Shown: in pieces, positions 1 through 8,842 of the stretch
Layout: each line of letters begins with the position of its first letter
How positions within the stretch are numbered: position 1 is the stretch's first letter
DNA from: a virus
Lineage: Duplodnaviria > Caudoviricetes
IMG/VR virus record: IMGVR_UViG_3300037067_013379
Coordinates: 1-64,000 of that record
DNA: 64,000 nt
Strand: one strand, 5' to 3'
Program-made: the position numbers and the translations under genes
Notes under the pieces: generated by a model
The model's input: only the letters and a program-made list of their open reading frames with translations
Database searches by the model: none
Told to the model about the DNA's origin: nothing

Positions 1-207
1 CGGTTCGCGAGTCGACAAGGATCTGACACCCTGCCCTTCCCCGTACGGCCCCCGGTTCGCCCCCGGGGGCCGTCGTCGTATTGGGGCCACGGGCGGCCCC
101 AGCGTCCCGCCACGGCCCGAACGGGGTGGTCCGCGTATGTCCGGACCCCCCGGTATTTCGTGACGCCAGGGGCCGTCTGGGGCGGTTGTGGAGGACAGAC
201 CGAAGGG

Positions 208-252
208 ATGAGCGTTAGGACTCGACAACCCCTAACGCCACGGGTAGCGTAT
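208..252 (+). promoter_or_regulatory. Promoter with overlapping operator (CGTTA-N15-TAACG)
   Basis: TCGACA (222-227), 17 bp, TAGCGT (245-250); near-identical 45-bp copy on the minus strand at 59488-59532. Confidence 0.7.
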
Positions 253-255
253 CCC

Positions 256-843
256 ATGTCAACACAAACCGGCACCAACCAGACGCAGGAGACGGCAATG
301 GCGATCAACGACAACGGCACCATCACCCACACCGGCCTCGTCCTCGGCACCTACGAGCACAACGGCTACGACGACAGCGACTTCATCGCGGCCGTCTGGA
401 ACCCCGACACCCGCACCATCGACCACATCGAGTACGACTCGACCCGCTACGGCGGACACGGCAGCGCCACCCGCGACGCGAGCCCCGAAACCATCGCCCA
501 GGCCGAGGCCGTACTCGCCGCACGCCTCGCCGAGATCGACCTCACCCAGGCCCGCAAGGACGCGACCACCCCGGTCAAGGGCCGCCGTGTCCGGTCCACC
601 ACCAAGCGCGGCAAGAACGTCGGGGTCGAGGGCATCGTGATGTGGAGGGGCGAGAAGCGCTCCCAGTACGGCACCTGGTCATACGGCTACCGCGTCGGCA
701 TCAAGGTCGATGGGGAAACCCGCCTCCGCTACCTCGACGAGACCGCCGTCGAGGTCCTCGACCCCCCCACCGTCGACGAGGCCACGATCACCCGCCACGC
801 GGCCGAGGACGCCCGACGTCACCAGTGGTGGCTGTCGAAGTAG
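256..843 (+). CDS. Hypothetical phage protein (start at 256, possibly leaderless, or at 298)
   Basis: ORF directly downstream of the promoter; GGAG precedes ATG 298; followed by a hairpin. Confidence 0.7.
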   Translation: MSTQTGTNQTQETAMAINDNGTITHTGLVLGTYEHNGYDDSDFIAAVWNPDTRTIDHIEYDSTRYGGHGSATRDASPETIAQAEAVLAARLAEIDLTQARKDATTPVKGRRVRSTTKRGKNVGVEGIVMWRGEKRSQYGTWSYGYRVGIKVDGETRLRYLDETAVEVLDPPTVDEATITRHAAEDARRHQWWLSK

Positions 844-856
844 CCCAACCCCCCCC

Positions 857-891
857 GAACGCCCGGCCGCGACCCGCAGGCCGGGCGTTTC
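857..891 (+). terminator. Intrinsic terminator-like hairpin
   Basis: GAACGCCCGGCC...GGCCGGGCGTTT just after the stop at 843. Confidence 0.6.
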
Positions 892-913
892 GGCATCCAC
901 ACAAAAAACCATG

Positions 914-952
914 CGTTAGAGTCTCGCTACATGTAGCGCACGTGGGTACCAT
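914..952 (+). promoter_or_regulatory. Promoter with degenerate CGTTA-N15-TAACG operator
   Basis: TCGCTA, 17 bp, TACCAT; CGTTA-N15-TAGCG spans the -35. Confidence 0.5.
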
Positions 953-990
953 AGTGGTACGTCAATCGCACCGCGAACGGAGCGCCCACC

Positions 991-1348
991 ATGAAGGACA
1001 TCACCACGATCGCGAAGGAAATCCACGCGGACGTCAAAACCGCCCTCGAACATGGCACCATCGCCGTACCCCCCCTGCGTCCGCGTCACCGTCCGCGTCG
1101 ACCGACGCGGCCTCGCACCCAGCGTCAACGTCTACTTCAGCCCCACCGACGACACCGCTACCGACGACGTCAACGCCTGGAAATTCACCACCAACCCCGA
1201 CAACACCCACGTCCTGTCAGACGCGGTCAAGACCGCCGGAACCCGAATCCTCGCGATGATCAGAACCCGCAGCGACGGAACGTCCTACGGCGAGATCAAC
1301 TGCCACGGAACCATCATCGCGATCATGACCCCCGACCGAAACAGGTAG
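991..1348 (+). pseudogene. Hypothetical protein interrupted by a +1 frameshift in a C7 run (or sequencing error)
   Basis: MKDITT...AVPP (991 frame) joins CVRVTVRVDRR...DRNR (1052-1348 frame) if one C of 1069-1075 is removed. Confidence 0.55.
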
Positions 1349-1427
1349 ATCACCACCAACCGTCCACACACACCGTCACCCAACCGGACGACACCAACCA
1401 GGCACCACCAGCCGGTACCGTCCGAAC

Positions 1428-1931
1428 ATGGAGAACACCCCAGTCACGCAACGTGTCCTCGACGCAGCGGCCCTGATCCTGACAACGGCCGCGACCCGCA
1501 CCGAGCAAACCGGGTGCAACACAACAACCGCGTTCGCCTACGCGGAAGACCGGGCCTCCGAGACCTACCAACTCACCCGACCGGAACTAGCCCACGCGGC
1601 ACGGCTCGCCACATTCGCCGCGTTCGCCACGGGCGCCTACTCGATCAACGCCATGACCGACCCGGCCGTCAGGGAAACAGCCCTCCGAACCGCGATACCC
1701 CACATCACAACGGACCAGCCAAGGGACCAGCCATGCTCGACAAGATCCGAACCGTGTTCAACCGCACCCCGGACCCCGCCAAGACCTACACACCCGAAGA
1801 CCTCCGCCGTATCGGCCAGACACTCAGCGAGGAACAGTTCCGCCTGGAGGAGATTCGTCGCCTCCCTATCGAGGAGGCGGCCCGTCTCTACCCCGGCGAC
1901 CAGTGAACCGACCATGACGACCCCCGCGTAA
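1428..1931 (+). CDS. Hypothetical protein (3' part overlaps next gene)
   Basis: Protein-like N-terminal ~100 aa; tail reads like an off-frame extension. Confidence 0.5.
   Translation: MENTPVTQRVLDAAALILTTAATRTEQTGCNTTTAFAYAEDRASETYQLTRPELAHAARLATFAAFATGAYSINAMTDPAVRETALRTAIPHITTDQPRDQPCSTRSEPCSTAPRTPPRPTHPKTSAVSARHSARNSSAWRRFVASLSRRRPVSTPATSEPTMTTPA
1733..1906 (+). CDS. Small hypothetical protein MLDKIRTVFN...
   Basis: AAGGGA RBS before ATG 1733; helical, protein-like composition. Confidence 0.55.
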   Translation: MLDKIRTVFNRTPDPAKTYTPEDLRRIGQTLSEEQFRLEEIRRLPIEEAARLYPGDQ

Positions 1932-1984
1932 CCTCCCAACGGCACCCGGCGAACCCGGGGGGAAACACCGGGTGCCACACAAAC

Positions 1985-2026
1985 GAAGGCCCCGACCACA
2001 CACCAGGGGTTGTGATCGGGGCCTTC
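1985..2026. terminator. Bidirectional terminator-like hairpin between convergent genes
   Basis: GAAGGCCCCGA...TCGGGGCCTTC. Confidence 0.6.
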
Positions 2027-2037
2027 ACCACGTCCGG

Positions 2038-3150
2038 CTACCCGGCGAGCCGGGCCGCCTCCTCGTCCGCTACCGCGTCCGCGACCTCCGCCGCGCTCGG
2101 CACCACCGGAACCGGCAACATCGGGGCCAGAGCAGCGGCCAGCGCCGCGACGTCGACATTCCCCAGCGCCAGGGCCGACACCCGGTCGAGTGTCTGCTGG
2201 GCGAGATCCCGGGCCGCCGTAGCCGCGACCTTCGCCTCCTCCGCCGCGACACGGGCCGCCTCCGCGATGTTCCGGGCGTCCCCGGCCGTGTTCGCCGCAC
2301 CAACCGCCGTTGAGTGGATCTCCGACAACTTCCCGGGAACCGCCCCGTACCAGTCGCCCATACGCATCGCGTTCCGTGGTCCGCCCATCCAGTCCGGGGG
2401 CGTGGCACCAACCGTGCCGTTCTTGAACTCGTCGAAGGACATGCCCAGATTCCAATCTCCGTCGGTACTACCCGAACCCTCGGACGGTGGCGTGACGACC
2501 ACGCCCCCGGAACCACCACCACGGGCCAGTGCCCGCAACTCGTCCACCGACCCCATGAACGCGTTCACGTCGATCGGGGACCTACCGGCGACCGTCGCGG
2601 ACGACGCGAACTGCAACACCGTCACTGAACCCCAACCGCCATACCGGGACGACCACCACGAGTCAGGGACCTTCTCGTACAACGTCGACCCGTATCCGCC
2701 ACCGGACACGTACCGGGAATCCCACAGGTACGGGGTCAGCGACGCGCCGTTCCACCCGCGCTCAGACCACCACCAGTTACCCGAGTACATGAACAACGGA
2801 TGATCTCCGGCGAGTTCACGCCACCGGGCGAAGAAGTCCACCGTCGTCTGCCACCCGGCGTCCGCCTCGTTGTCACACGCCACGAGCCACCCGTCCGGGC
2901 CGCCGTGGTCGCGCACCCGGTTGTAGAACGCGTCGCACTGCGCCCGACCGGACCCCGACCGTAGGTAGTGGTACGCCCCCGGCACGGCCCCGGACGCGAG
3001 GACCTGCCCCGCGAACGTGTCGAACATGCCATCGCGGAACGTCGTTCCCTCCGTGGCCTTCATCCACACCCCGGAGTAGCCCTCGGACACGGCCCGACCG
3101 ACGTCGAACGCGCCCTGGTGATTCGAGATGTCGATCAACCAAGTAACCAC
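2038..3150 (-). CDS. Endolysin, GH25 muramidase with helical C-terminal tail
   Basis: IDISNHQG, KATEG, GAYHY, CDNE, LQF and IDVNAF motifs of GH25; VDVAALAAALAP tail typical of actinophage lysins. Confidence 0.88.
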   Translation of the reverse strand: MVTWLIDISNHQGAFDVGRAVSEGYSGVWMKATEGTTFRDGMFDTFAGQVLASGAVPGAYHYLRSGSGRAQCDAFYNRVRDHGGPDGWLVACDNEADAGWQTTVDFFARWRELAGDHPLFMYSGNWWWSERGWNGASLTPYLWDSRYVSGGGYGSTLYEKVPDSWWSSRYGGWGSVTVLQFASSATVAGRSPIDVNAFMGSVDELRALARGGGSGGVVVTPPSEGSGSTDGDWNLGMSFDEFKNGTVGATPPDWMGGPRNAMRMGDWYGAVPGKLSEIHSTAVGAANTAGDARNIAEAARVAAEEAKVAATAARDLAQQTLDRVSALALGNVDVAALAAALAPMLPVPVVPSAAEVADAVADEEAARLAG

Positions 3151-3493
3151 GTCACCTCCTCCTCAGCCTTGATCTCCACCATAGACACCCAAACGGCCAG
3201 CGGAGATCAACCTCACGCACAGCCACGAGAAACCGGAAAGAGGAAGACCCCGACCTCCACCCGGCCGGGGCCTTCCATCCACCGGCACCACAGGGGTTTA
3301 GGGAACCGGTGAAACCGGGTGCCACCTGCCCTCCCCAGAGCGTGACACCCACGTACCCATCATGCACCGGACCAATGATCACCGTCGACCCCCGTGACAC
3401 AACCCGAATCATGACGTGATCATTAGGGTGGAACGACGGCACAGGGCCGCGACCCACTACCGGGGACGGCCTACCGAACGTAGCGAGGCGACC

Positions 3494-4093
3494 ATGGCGA
3501 AACGTAGTCCCATCGACCTCGACCCGGGCCGCGAACCGTGGGACCAGCAGCCCCGGGAGTCATCCCGTCAGTACGAGCGGTTCCTCCGGTTCCGGGACCT
3601 CGGCCGTATGCGCTCCCTAACAACCACTAACAAGGTGCTAACGGGAATAGGGGATGAACTCACCTATGGGACCTTAAGGGGACAATCGCACCTATACCGA
3701 TGGGCGGAACGAGCGCAAGCCTGGGACCGACACCAAGACGAAGCCGACCGCGAGCGCGTCAACCAGGCACGACGCGACATGATCGACCGTCACCAAAAGA
3801 TCGCCGGAGCACTCGCCAAAAAGGCCCTCGGCGCACTACGCGTCCTCCAAGACGCGGACCTCGACCCGGCCGACGTCGTCCGATTCCTCAAACTCGCCAC
3901 CGACCTTGAGATACGGGCGATCGGAGACCCAAACCAGACAATCGCCGTAACCGGCCCGGCCGGGGGACCAATCGTCACCGAGGACATCACGCACCTCACC
4001 GACGAGGAACGACGCGTACGCCTCAAGGAGGTGGCAACCGAGTTGGCTCGCCGTGCCGGCCTTCAAACCACCGAAACCGACAACGAGGAATAA
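3494..4093 (+). CDS. Putative terminase small subunit
   Basis: PWDQQPRES..YERF..FRDLG..RSL and RWAERAQAWD motifs resemble actinophage small terminases (recalled family similarity). Confidence 0.6.
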   Translation: MAKRSPIDLDPGREPWDQQPRESSRQYERFLRFRDLGRMRSLTTTNKVLTGIGDELTYGTLRGQSHLYRWAERAQAWDRHQDEADRERVNQARRDMIDRHQKIAGALAKKALGALRVLQDADLDPADVVRFLKLATDLEIRAIGDPNQTIAVTGPAGGPIVTEDITHLTDEERRVRLKEVATELARRAGLQTTETDNEE

Positions 4094-4095
4094 CC

Positions 4096-4488
4096 ATGCC
4101 AAGAACACCGAAAGGTGACACCACCGACAACGACATGCAGGCGATAGGCCACCAAATCGGCTCCCTCGCCAGCGTCGCCGTAGTCGCGGCCGTCCAGTTC
4201 GGCATACCCCTCACCCCAGGCCAGCAATCATCCATCCTGTCCGTCATCGCCGTTGCCTGGGCTCTTTTCGCCACCATCTACGGCATCAGACACCGAATCC
4301 CCCGACGCGCCCGGAACGACCCGAACAACCGGACGCAACCCACGACGACCACGCGAACGACCCCGAACCGCGTCCCACGTAGCCCCAACACCCCTACCGG
4401 GACGACCGGAACCACCGGCCCCCGGCGACGTCCCACCGGTGTCAACGACGGAAGCGCTGACCAACCCGAACCGGGAAAGATGCCGTAG
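4096..4488 (+). CDS. Holin-like membrane protein
   Basis: Two hydrophobic segments joined by FGIPLTPGQQSS; basic Pro/Thr-rich tail. Confidence 0.55.
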   Translation: MPRTPKGDTTDNDMQAIGHQIGSLASVAVVAAVQFGIPLTPGQQSSILSVIAVAWALFATIYGIRHRIPRRARNDPNNRTQPTTTTRTTPNRVPRSPNTPTGTTGTTGPRRRPTGVNDGSADQPEPGKMP

Positions 4489-4644
4489 CACACCATCAAC
4501 CCGCCCCGGGGCCGCCCCGATCCGCTTCGCGACCGTTGCCGCGTCACCAGCGCCACCCTCCCGCAACGCCGACACGACCCGATCCGCGATACCACCAGCG
4601 ACCATGAACGGATAGGTACCCCTACGACCACGCATACCCCCATC

Positions 4645-6978
4645 ATGACCACCAACAAGGCACCACGGGAAGGGACCATGGAACGCCGGCTGGACTACCA
4701 GGACCTCGACAGCATCGAACCGGCCCCCAACAACCCCAAGGAACACCAGATCGACAACGTCCGGGCCAGCATCGACCGATTCGGCTACGTCGCACCAATG
4801 ATCATCGACGACCGAACCGGCCGACTCGTCGTAGGCCACGGACGCCTCGAATCACTCAAGGCCCGACGCGACGCGGGCGAGACCCCACCAGAGGGAATCC
4901 AAACCGACGACACCGGCCGCTGGCTCGCCCCCGTCATCCACGGCTGGGCCTCCCGCTCCGACGCGGACGCAGCCGCCTACCTCGTCCTCGACAACCGCCA
5001 AACCGAACTCGGAGGCTGGGACCACCAGGCCCTATCCGACCTGTTGGAAGAGATCGGAGACCCCGACCTCATCGAACTCACCGGCTGGGACCCGGCCGAC
5101 CTTGAGGAACTCCTCGCCAACATCGACAACGACGACGACGGCCTCGGGCTGGGGGACGGCACCGGCAACCCCTCCCTCGCCGACCGGTTCGGCGTACCCC
5201 CGTTCGATGTCCTCGACGCACGGCAGGGCTACTGGCGCGACCGGAAGCGCTCCTGGCTCCGCCTCGGCATCAAGTCCGAGATCGGCCGGGGAGACCGGTT
5301 GGCGTTCAAGGGCATCGAACGGGCCGACCCGCAGTACTACCAGAAGAAGACCGCCGTGGAGGCCCGCATCGGCCACGCGTTGACCAGCAAGGAATTCTTC
5401 GACCACCACTACGAGGCCCCCACCGAGGGACCCGGCACCGGAACCAGCATCTTCGACCCAGTCCTCTGCGAACTCGTCTACCGCTGGTTCACCCCACCGG
5501 GCGGAAACGTCCTCGACCCGTTCTCCGGGGGATCCGTCCGGGGAATCGTCGCAGCCGCGACCGGACGCCGGTACCACGGCGTTGACCTCCGCGCCGAACA
5601 GTTGGACGCGAACCGCGCCCAGGCCCAACAGATCCTCGCCCCCGGCATGTCCACCACCCCGGAGGTCGGAACCGTCGACGACCCGGCCGCGTTGACCCCG
5701 ATCGAGTCCCACGGCGGATACCTCGTCAAACGTGACGACCTGTTCCAAGTCGGTGGATCCCGGGGCGGGAAGGTCCGCACGTGCCTCGCCCTCATGACAC
5801 AACCCGACGTCGCCGGAGTCGTCACGGCCGGATCCCGACACTCACCCCAGGTCAACATCGTCGCGACGATCGCCGAGCGCCTCGGCCTCCCCTGCCGCGT
5901 TCACGTCCCGTCCGGCGACACGACCCCGGAACTCGCCGCAGCAGCGGCAGCCGGAGCCGAGGTGATCCAGCACAATCCCGGATACAACAACGTGATCATC
6001 AAACGGGCCAGGGACGACGCGGACGCGCTCGGCTGGTTGAACGTCCCGTTCGGCATGGAGTGCGAGGAGGCCGTCAAACAGACCGCCCGACAGACCCGGA
6101 ACCTCGACACCGTCACCCCGACCCGCATCGTCGTACCCGTCGGGTCCGGCATGTCCCTCGCCGGGATCCTCACCGGCCTGGCAGCCACCGGCAACACCAC
6201 CCCGGTACTCGGGGTGATCGTCGGAGCCGACCCCACTGAGCGCCTCGGCACCTACGCCCCCCCTGGTTGGCGAACCATGGTCGAACTCGTCGAGTCGAAC
6301 TACGACTACGCCGACCACCACCCGGCACCGTTCCTCGGGGACCTCGACCTCGACCCGGTGTACGAGGCGAAATGCCTGCCCCACCTCCTACCCGGCGATC
6401 TCCTGTGGGTGGTCGGACGGAGGGAGACCGCCGGTGGTCCGGCCGCTGCGATCGTCGACCACCCGCACATGCCCGAGTGGACGTGTGGGGACAGTTCGGT
6501 TGTGGTCCCCCGGCTCCCGGCCGAATCGGTCGACCTGATCTTCACCTGCCCCCCGTACTACGACCTGGAAACCTACGGGGACGACCCGGCCGACCTGTCG
6601 ACCATGGGCTATGACGAGTTCGACCAGGTGTACGAACAGATCATCGGGGCGGCAGTCGCCGTGCTCCGCCCCAACCGGTTCGCCGTGATCGTCACCGGGG
6701 ACGCGCGGGACAAACACGGCACCCTCCACGACCTACGGGGTGAGACAATCCGGGCCGCGACCAGGGCCGGACTCCGCTACGTCAACGGCGCTGTCCTCGT
6801 CACCCCAGTCGGTTCAGCGGCCGTCACAGCGGCCCGGGGGTTCGTTGGTACCCGCACCCTCGGCCGGGTCCACCAAGACGTGTTGGTGTTCGTCAAGGGC
6901 GACCGGAAGGCAGCGGCCGTGAACTGTGGGGACGTCGAACTCGAACTCGAAGCCATCGAACCGGAATCCGGCGACTGA
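4645..6978 (+). CDS. ParB-like domain + amino-DNA methyltransferase split by a fold-type-II PLP-dependent domain
   Basis: ParB: NNPKEH, IDRFGYVAP, GHGR, DNR. MTase motif I VLDPFSGGS (5509-5535) and motif IV TCPPY (6544-6558). Between them LTP..LVKRDD..GGK, GSGMS and LDPVYEAK of the ACC deaminase/D-cysteine desulfhydrase-like family. Confidence 0.85.
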   Translation: MTTNKAPREGTMERRLDYQDLDSIEPAPNNPKEHQIDNVRASIDRFGYVAPMIIDDRTGRLVVGHGRLESLKARRDAGETPPEGIQTDDTGRWLAPVIHGWASRSDADAAAYLVLDNRQTELGGWDHQALSDLLEEIGDPDLIELTGWDPADLEELLANIDNDDDGLGLGDGTGNPSLADRFGVPPFDVLDARQGYWRDRKRSWLRLGIKSEIGRGDRLAFKGIERADPQYYQKKTAVEARIGHALTSKEFFDHHYEAPTEGPGTGTSIFDPVLCELVYRWFTPPGGNVLDPFSGGSVRGIVAAATGRRYHGVDLRAEQLDANRAQAQQILAPGMSTTPEVGTVDDPAALTPIESHGGYLVKRDDLFQVGGSRGGKVRTCLALMTQPDVAGVVTAGSRHSPQVNIVATIAERLGLPCRVHVPSGDTTPELAAAAAAGAEVIQHNPGYNNVIIKRARDDADALGWLNVPFGMECEEAVKQTARQTRNLDTVTPTRIVVPVGSGMSLAGILTGLAATGNTTPVLGVIVGADPTERLGTYAPPGWRTMVELVESNYDYADHHPAPFLGDLDLDPVYEAKCLPHLLPGDLLWVVGRRETAGGPAAAIVDHPHMPEWTCGDSSVVVPRLPAESVDLIFTCPPYYDLETYGDDPADLSTMGYDEFDQVYEQIIGAAVAVLRPNRFAVIVTGDARDKHGTLHDLRGETIRAATRAGLRYVNGAVLVTPVGSAAVTAARGFVGTRTLGRVHQDVLVFVKGDRKAAAVNCGDVELELEAIEPESGD

Positions 6979-6983
6979 CACCA

Positions 6984-7021
6984 CAACGGCCCGGGGCGAA
7001 ACGATCCACCCCGGGCCGTTG
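6984..7021. terminator. Bidirectional terminator-like hairpin
   Basis: CAACGGCCCGGGG...CCCCGGGCCGTTG between convergent genes. Confidence 0.7.
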
Positions 7022-7034
7022 GGAGCGCTACCGG

Positions 7035-7943
7035 TCACCCACCGGACTGCGCGGCCGTGAACGCGGCCTGGTGCAACACCTCGTCCCCCCCGATGTCCGT
7101 GAACAACGCGGCCTCCGCCGTGTCCCCGGCCGTGGTCGCCTGCGCCGCGAACGCCGTGTACGACGCGATCGCCCCATTCTCCGCCGCGATCGCACCAGCG
7201 AGGTTCACCGCGTCCGTACCGACCAGCCCGAACTGGTTCGCGAGGACGGCGAAGTGATCGAACAGTTCGTAGTCGGCGAGCGCGAAGAACAGGTTCGCCA
7301 GCCACTGCTTGCCGTTCGCGTCCGCAGTCTGCCCGAACAACCTGTACCGGGCCGACGCGTACGCCTCACCCCGCAACGCCGTTTCGATGTTCGCCAGCGT
7401 CGCCCCGGACGACAACGCCGGACCCTCGACGATCGTCACCGGTGTGACCGTCGGTGGTGTCGGGTGCCGGCCCCCAACGGTCAACGCCCGGTACGCCTGG
7501 GCGAGCAGCGTCTTGTGCGTCCCCTCGTCCCCGGAGAGTTCGGTGAATATCGCGGCAGCCGCGCTGTCCCCGTCAGTGGTCGCCTGCGTCGCGAAACCGG
7601 GGTACAGGGTGGTTGCCTCCGCGTACTCGTCGAGCATCGCCGTACGGGTGTTCGTGGCGTTTCCCGCGATGATGTCGAACATGTCGGCGAGTTCGTAGAA
7701 GTGCTCGCCCCGTTCCTGTGACGCGGTTGCCATCAGCAACCCGGCGAGCGCCGCGTCCCCGGTACCAACCGCGTGGTCCGACCACGCCATGTACGACGCG
7801 AACGCGTACGCCTCATCGTGCATCGCGGTGAGGGCGTTCGTGACAGTCCCGGCCGTTGCCGCGTACGCCGGGGTCGGCCCGATCACCCCGATGGTGACGA
7901 GCACGGCTATCCCAACGGCCGCGATCCTTGATCGTTTCCTCAT
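7035..7943 (-). CDS. Secreted tandem rubrerythrin/ferritin-like di-iron protein
   Basis: Basic-hydrophobic signal peptide ending AYA; four E-x6-Y...E-x2/3-H helix pairs (DEAYAFASY..QERGEH, DEYAEATTLY..DEGTH, GEAYASARY..YELFDH, AENGAIASY..DEVLH). Confidence 0.75.
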   Translation of the reverse strand: MRKRSRIAAVGIAVLVTIGVIGPTPAYAATAGTVTNALTAMHDEAYAFASYMAWSDHAVGTGDAALAGLLMATASQERGEHFYELADMFDIIAGNATNTRTAMLDEYAEATTLYPGFATQATTDGDSAAAAIFTELSGDEGTHKTLLAQAYRALTVGGRHPTPPTVTPVTIVEGPALSSGATLANIETALRGEAYASARYRLFGQTADANGKQWLANLFFALADYELFDHFAVLANQFGLVGTDAVNLAGAIAAENGAIASYTAFAAQATTAGDTAEAALFTDIGGDEVLHQAAFTAAQSGG

Positions 7944-8028
7944 GGTGTCCCCCTTAGTGGGCGTTGTGCACCATGATGCGACCCCCGGTGGAGCCCACGT
8001 AAGGCTTCGCCGGGGTCGGGGGAAAGAA

Positions 8029-8229
8029 CTACCTGGATTCCTTGCCGTTCGTCCGGACGGACAGGGCCTTGACACCGCACGTGTCTGCCGGACCAACCAT
8101 CGCGTTCAATGCCGTGGTGACGTACTGGACGACGTCGGAACGAATCTCGTCGCGGCTGGTACCGCTGTGGTATTCGGTGTCCCAGTCCTCGGGGTCGACG
8201 TCGACCGTGACGACCATGGAGATCTTCAT
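8029..8229 (-). CDS. Small hypothetical protein
   Basis: MKISMVVTVDVDPEDW...; GAAGGTG upstream; ATGA overlap with the preceding gene. Confidence 0.55.
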   Translation of the reverse strand: MKISMVVTVDVDPEDWDTEYHSGTSRDEIRSDVVQYVTTALNAMVGPADTCGVKALSVRTNGKESR

Positions 8230-8417
8230 CGGAACACCTTCCAGGTCAGGGCGAGAAGGGTGATCAACGAGATGGTCATGATCGTGACGACGGTCGCGAG
8301 GTGACCGGTCACCAACAGGATCATGGTGATGATGGTCGAGGCGACCAGGACCACCAGGACGAGCGCGGCAGCGCTGGCGGACGACAAGCCACCGAGCCAG
8401 CGGAGGAATCGGTTCAC
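8226..8417 (-). CDS. Small membrane protein
   Basis: Two hydrophobic segments; translationally coupled to neighbours. Confidence 0.6.
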   Translation of the reverse strand: MNRFLRWLGGLSSASAAALVLVVLVASTIITMILLVTGHLATVVTIMTISLITLLALTWKVFR

Positions 8418-8770
8418 CGGACGCCCCCGATCGTGTCGAGCATAGTGGCGTGAACCGCGTGGATCGCGCAGTACACCGAGCCGTGCTCACGCTCGGTGTC
8501 GCAGCCGACGATCCCGTGTTCCGGGTGCGTGTCGATCCAGGCGCAGGGCCGCATCTCCTCGTCAGCGGCGCGGAGGGCCTCGCCGCAGGTGTGGACGTGG
8601 TCGGAGACGACGGTTCCCTCGCCGTCAACGGCGCACCATGTCCGGTCGTTTCCCTGGTAGACGTGCGCGACCATGAATCCCTCGGGGTTGACGAGGGTCC
8701 ACGCTCCCACGTTCGACGTCATCCCTCGTCTCCAGACGAATCCGTCCTTCGCGAGTGTGGCGGTTGTCAT
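8414..8770 (-). CDS. Hypothetical protein with C-terminal Cys/His cluster
   Basis: AAGGGAG RBS; C..C..C..H residues near the C-terminus. Confidence 0.6.
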   Translation of the reverse strand: MTTATLAKDGFVWRRGMTSNVGAWTLVNPEGFMVAHVYQGNDRTWCAVDGEGTVVSDHVHTCGEALRAADEEMRPCAWIDTHPEHGIVGCDTEREHGSVYCAIHAVHATMLDTIGGVR

Positions 8771-8805
8771 GGCGCTCCCTTCTTGGCTGGTCAGTGCGTG
8801 GTCCC

Positions 8806-8842
8806 AGTATGAACCACGCACGTAATGGCGTCAACTATTACG
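8806..8842 (-). promoter_or_regulatory. Promoter TTGACG-17-CATACT with CGTA-N14-TACG operator
   Basis: CGTAATGGCGTCAACTATTACG at 8821-8842; a near-identical copy is at 9791. Confidence 0.7.

Noticed and set aside
3152-3412. Small ORF upstream of the GH25 lysin as a holin or spanin
   Set aside because: No convincing transmembrane segment or lipobox, and coding status is uncertain
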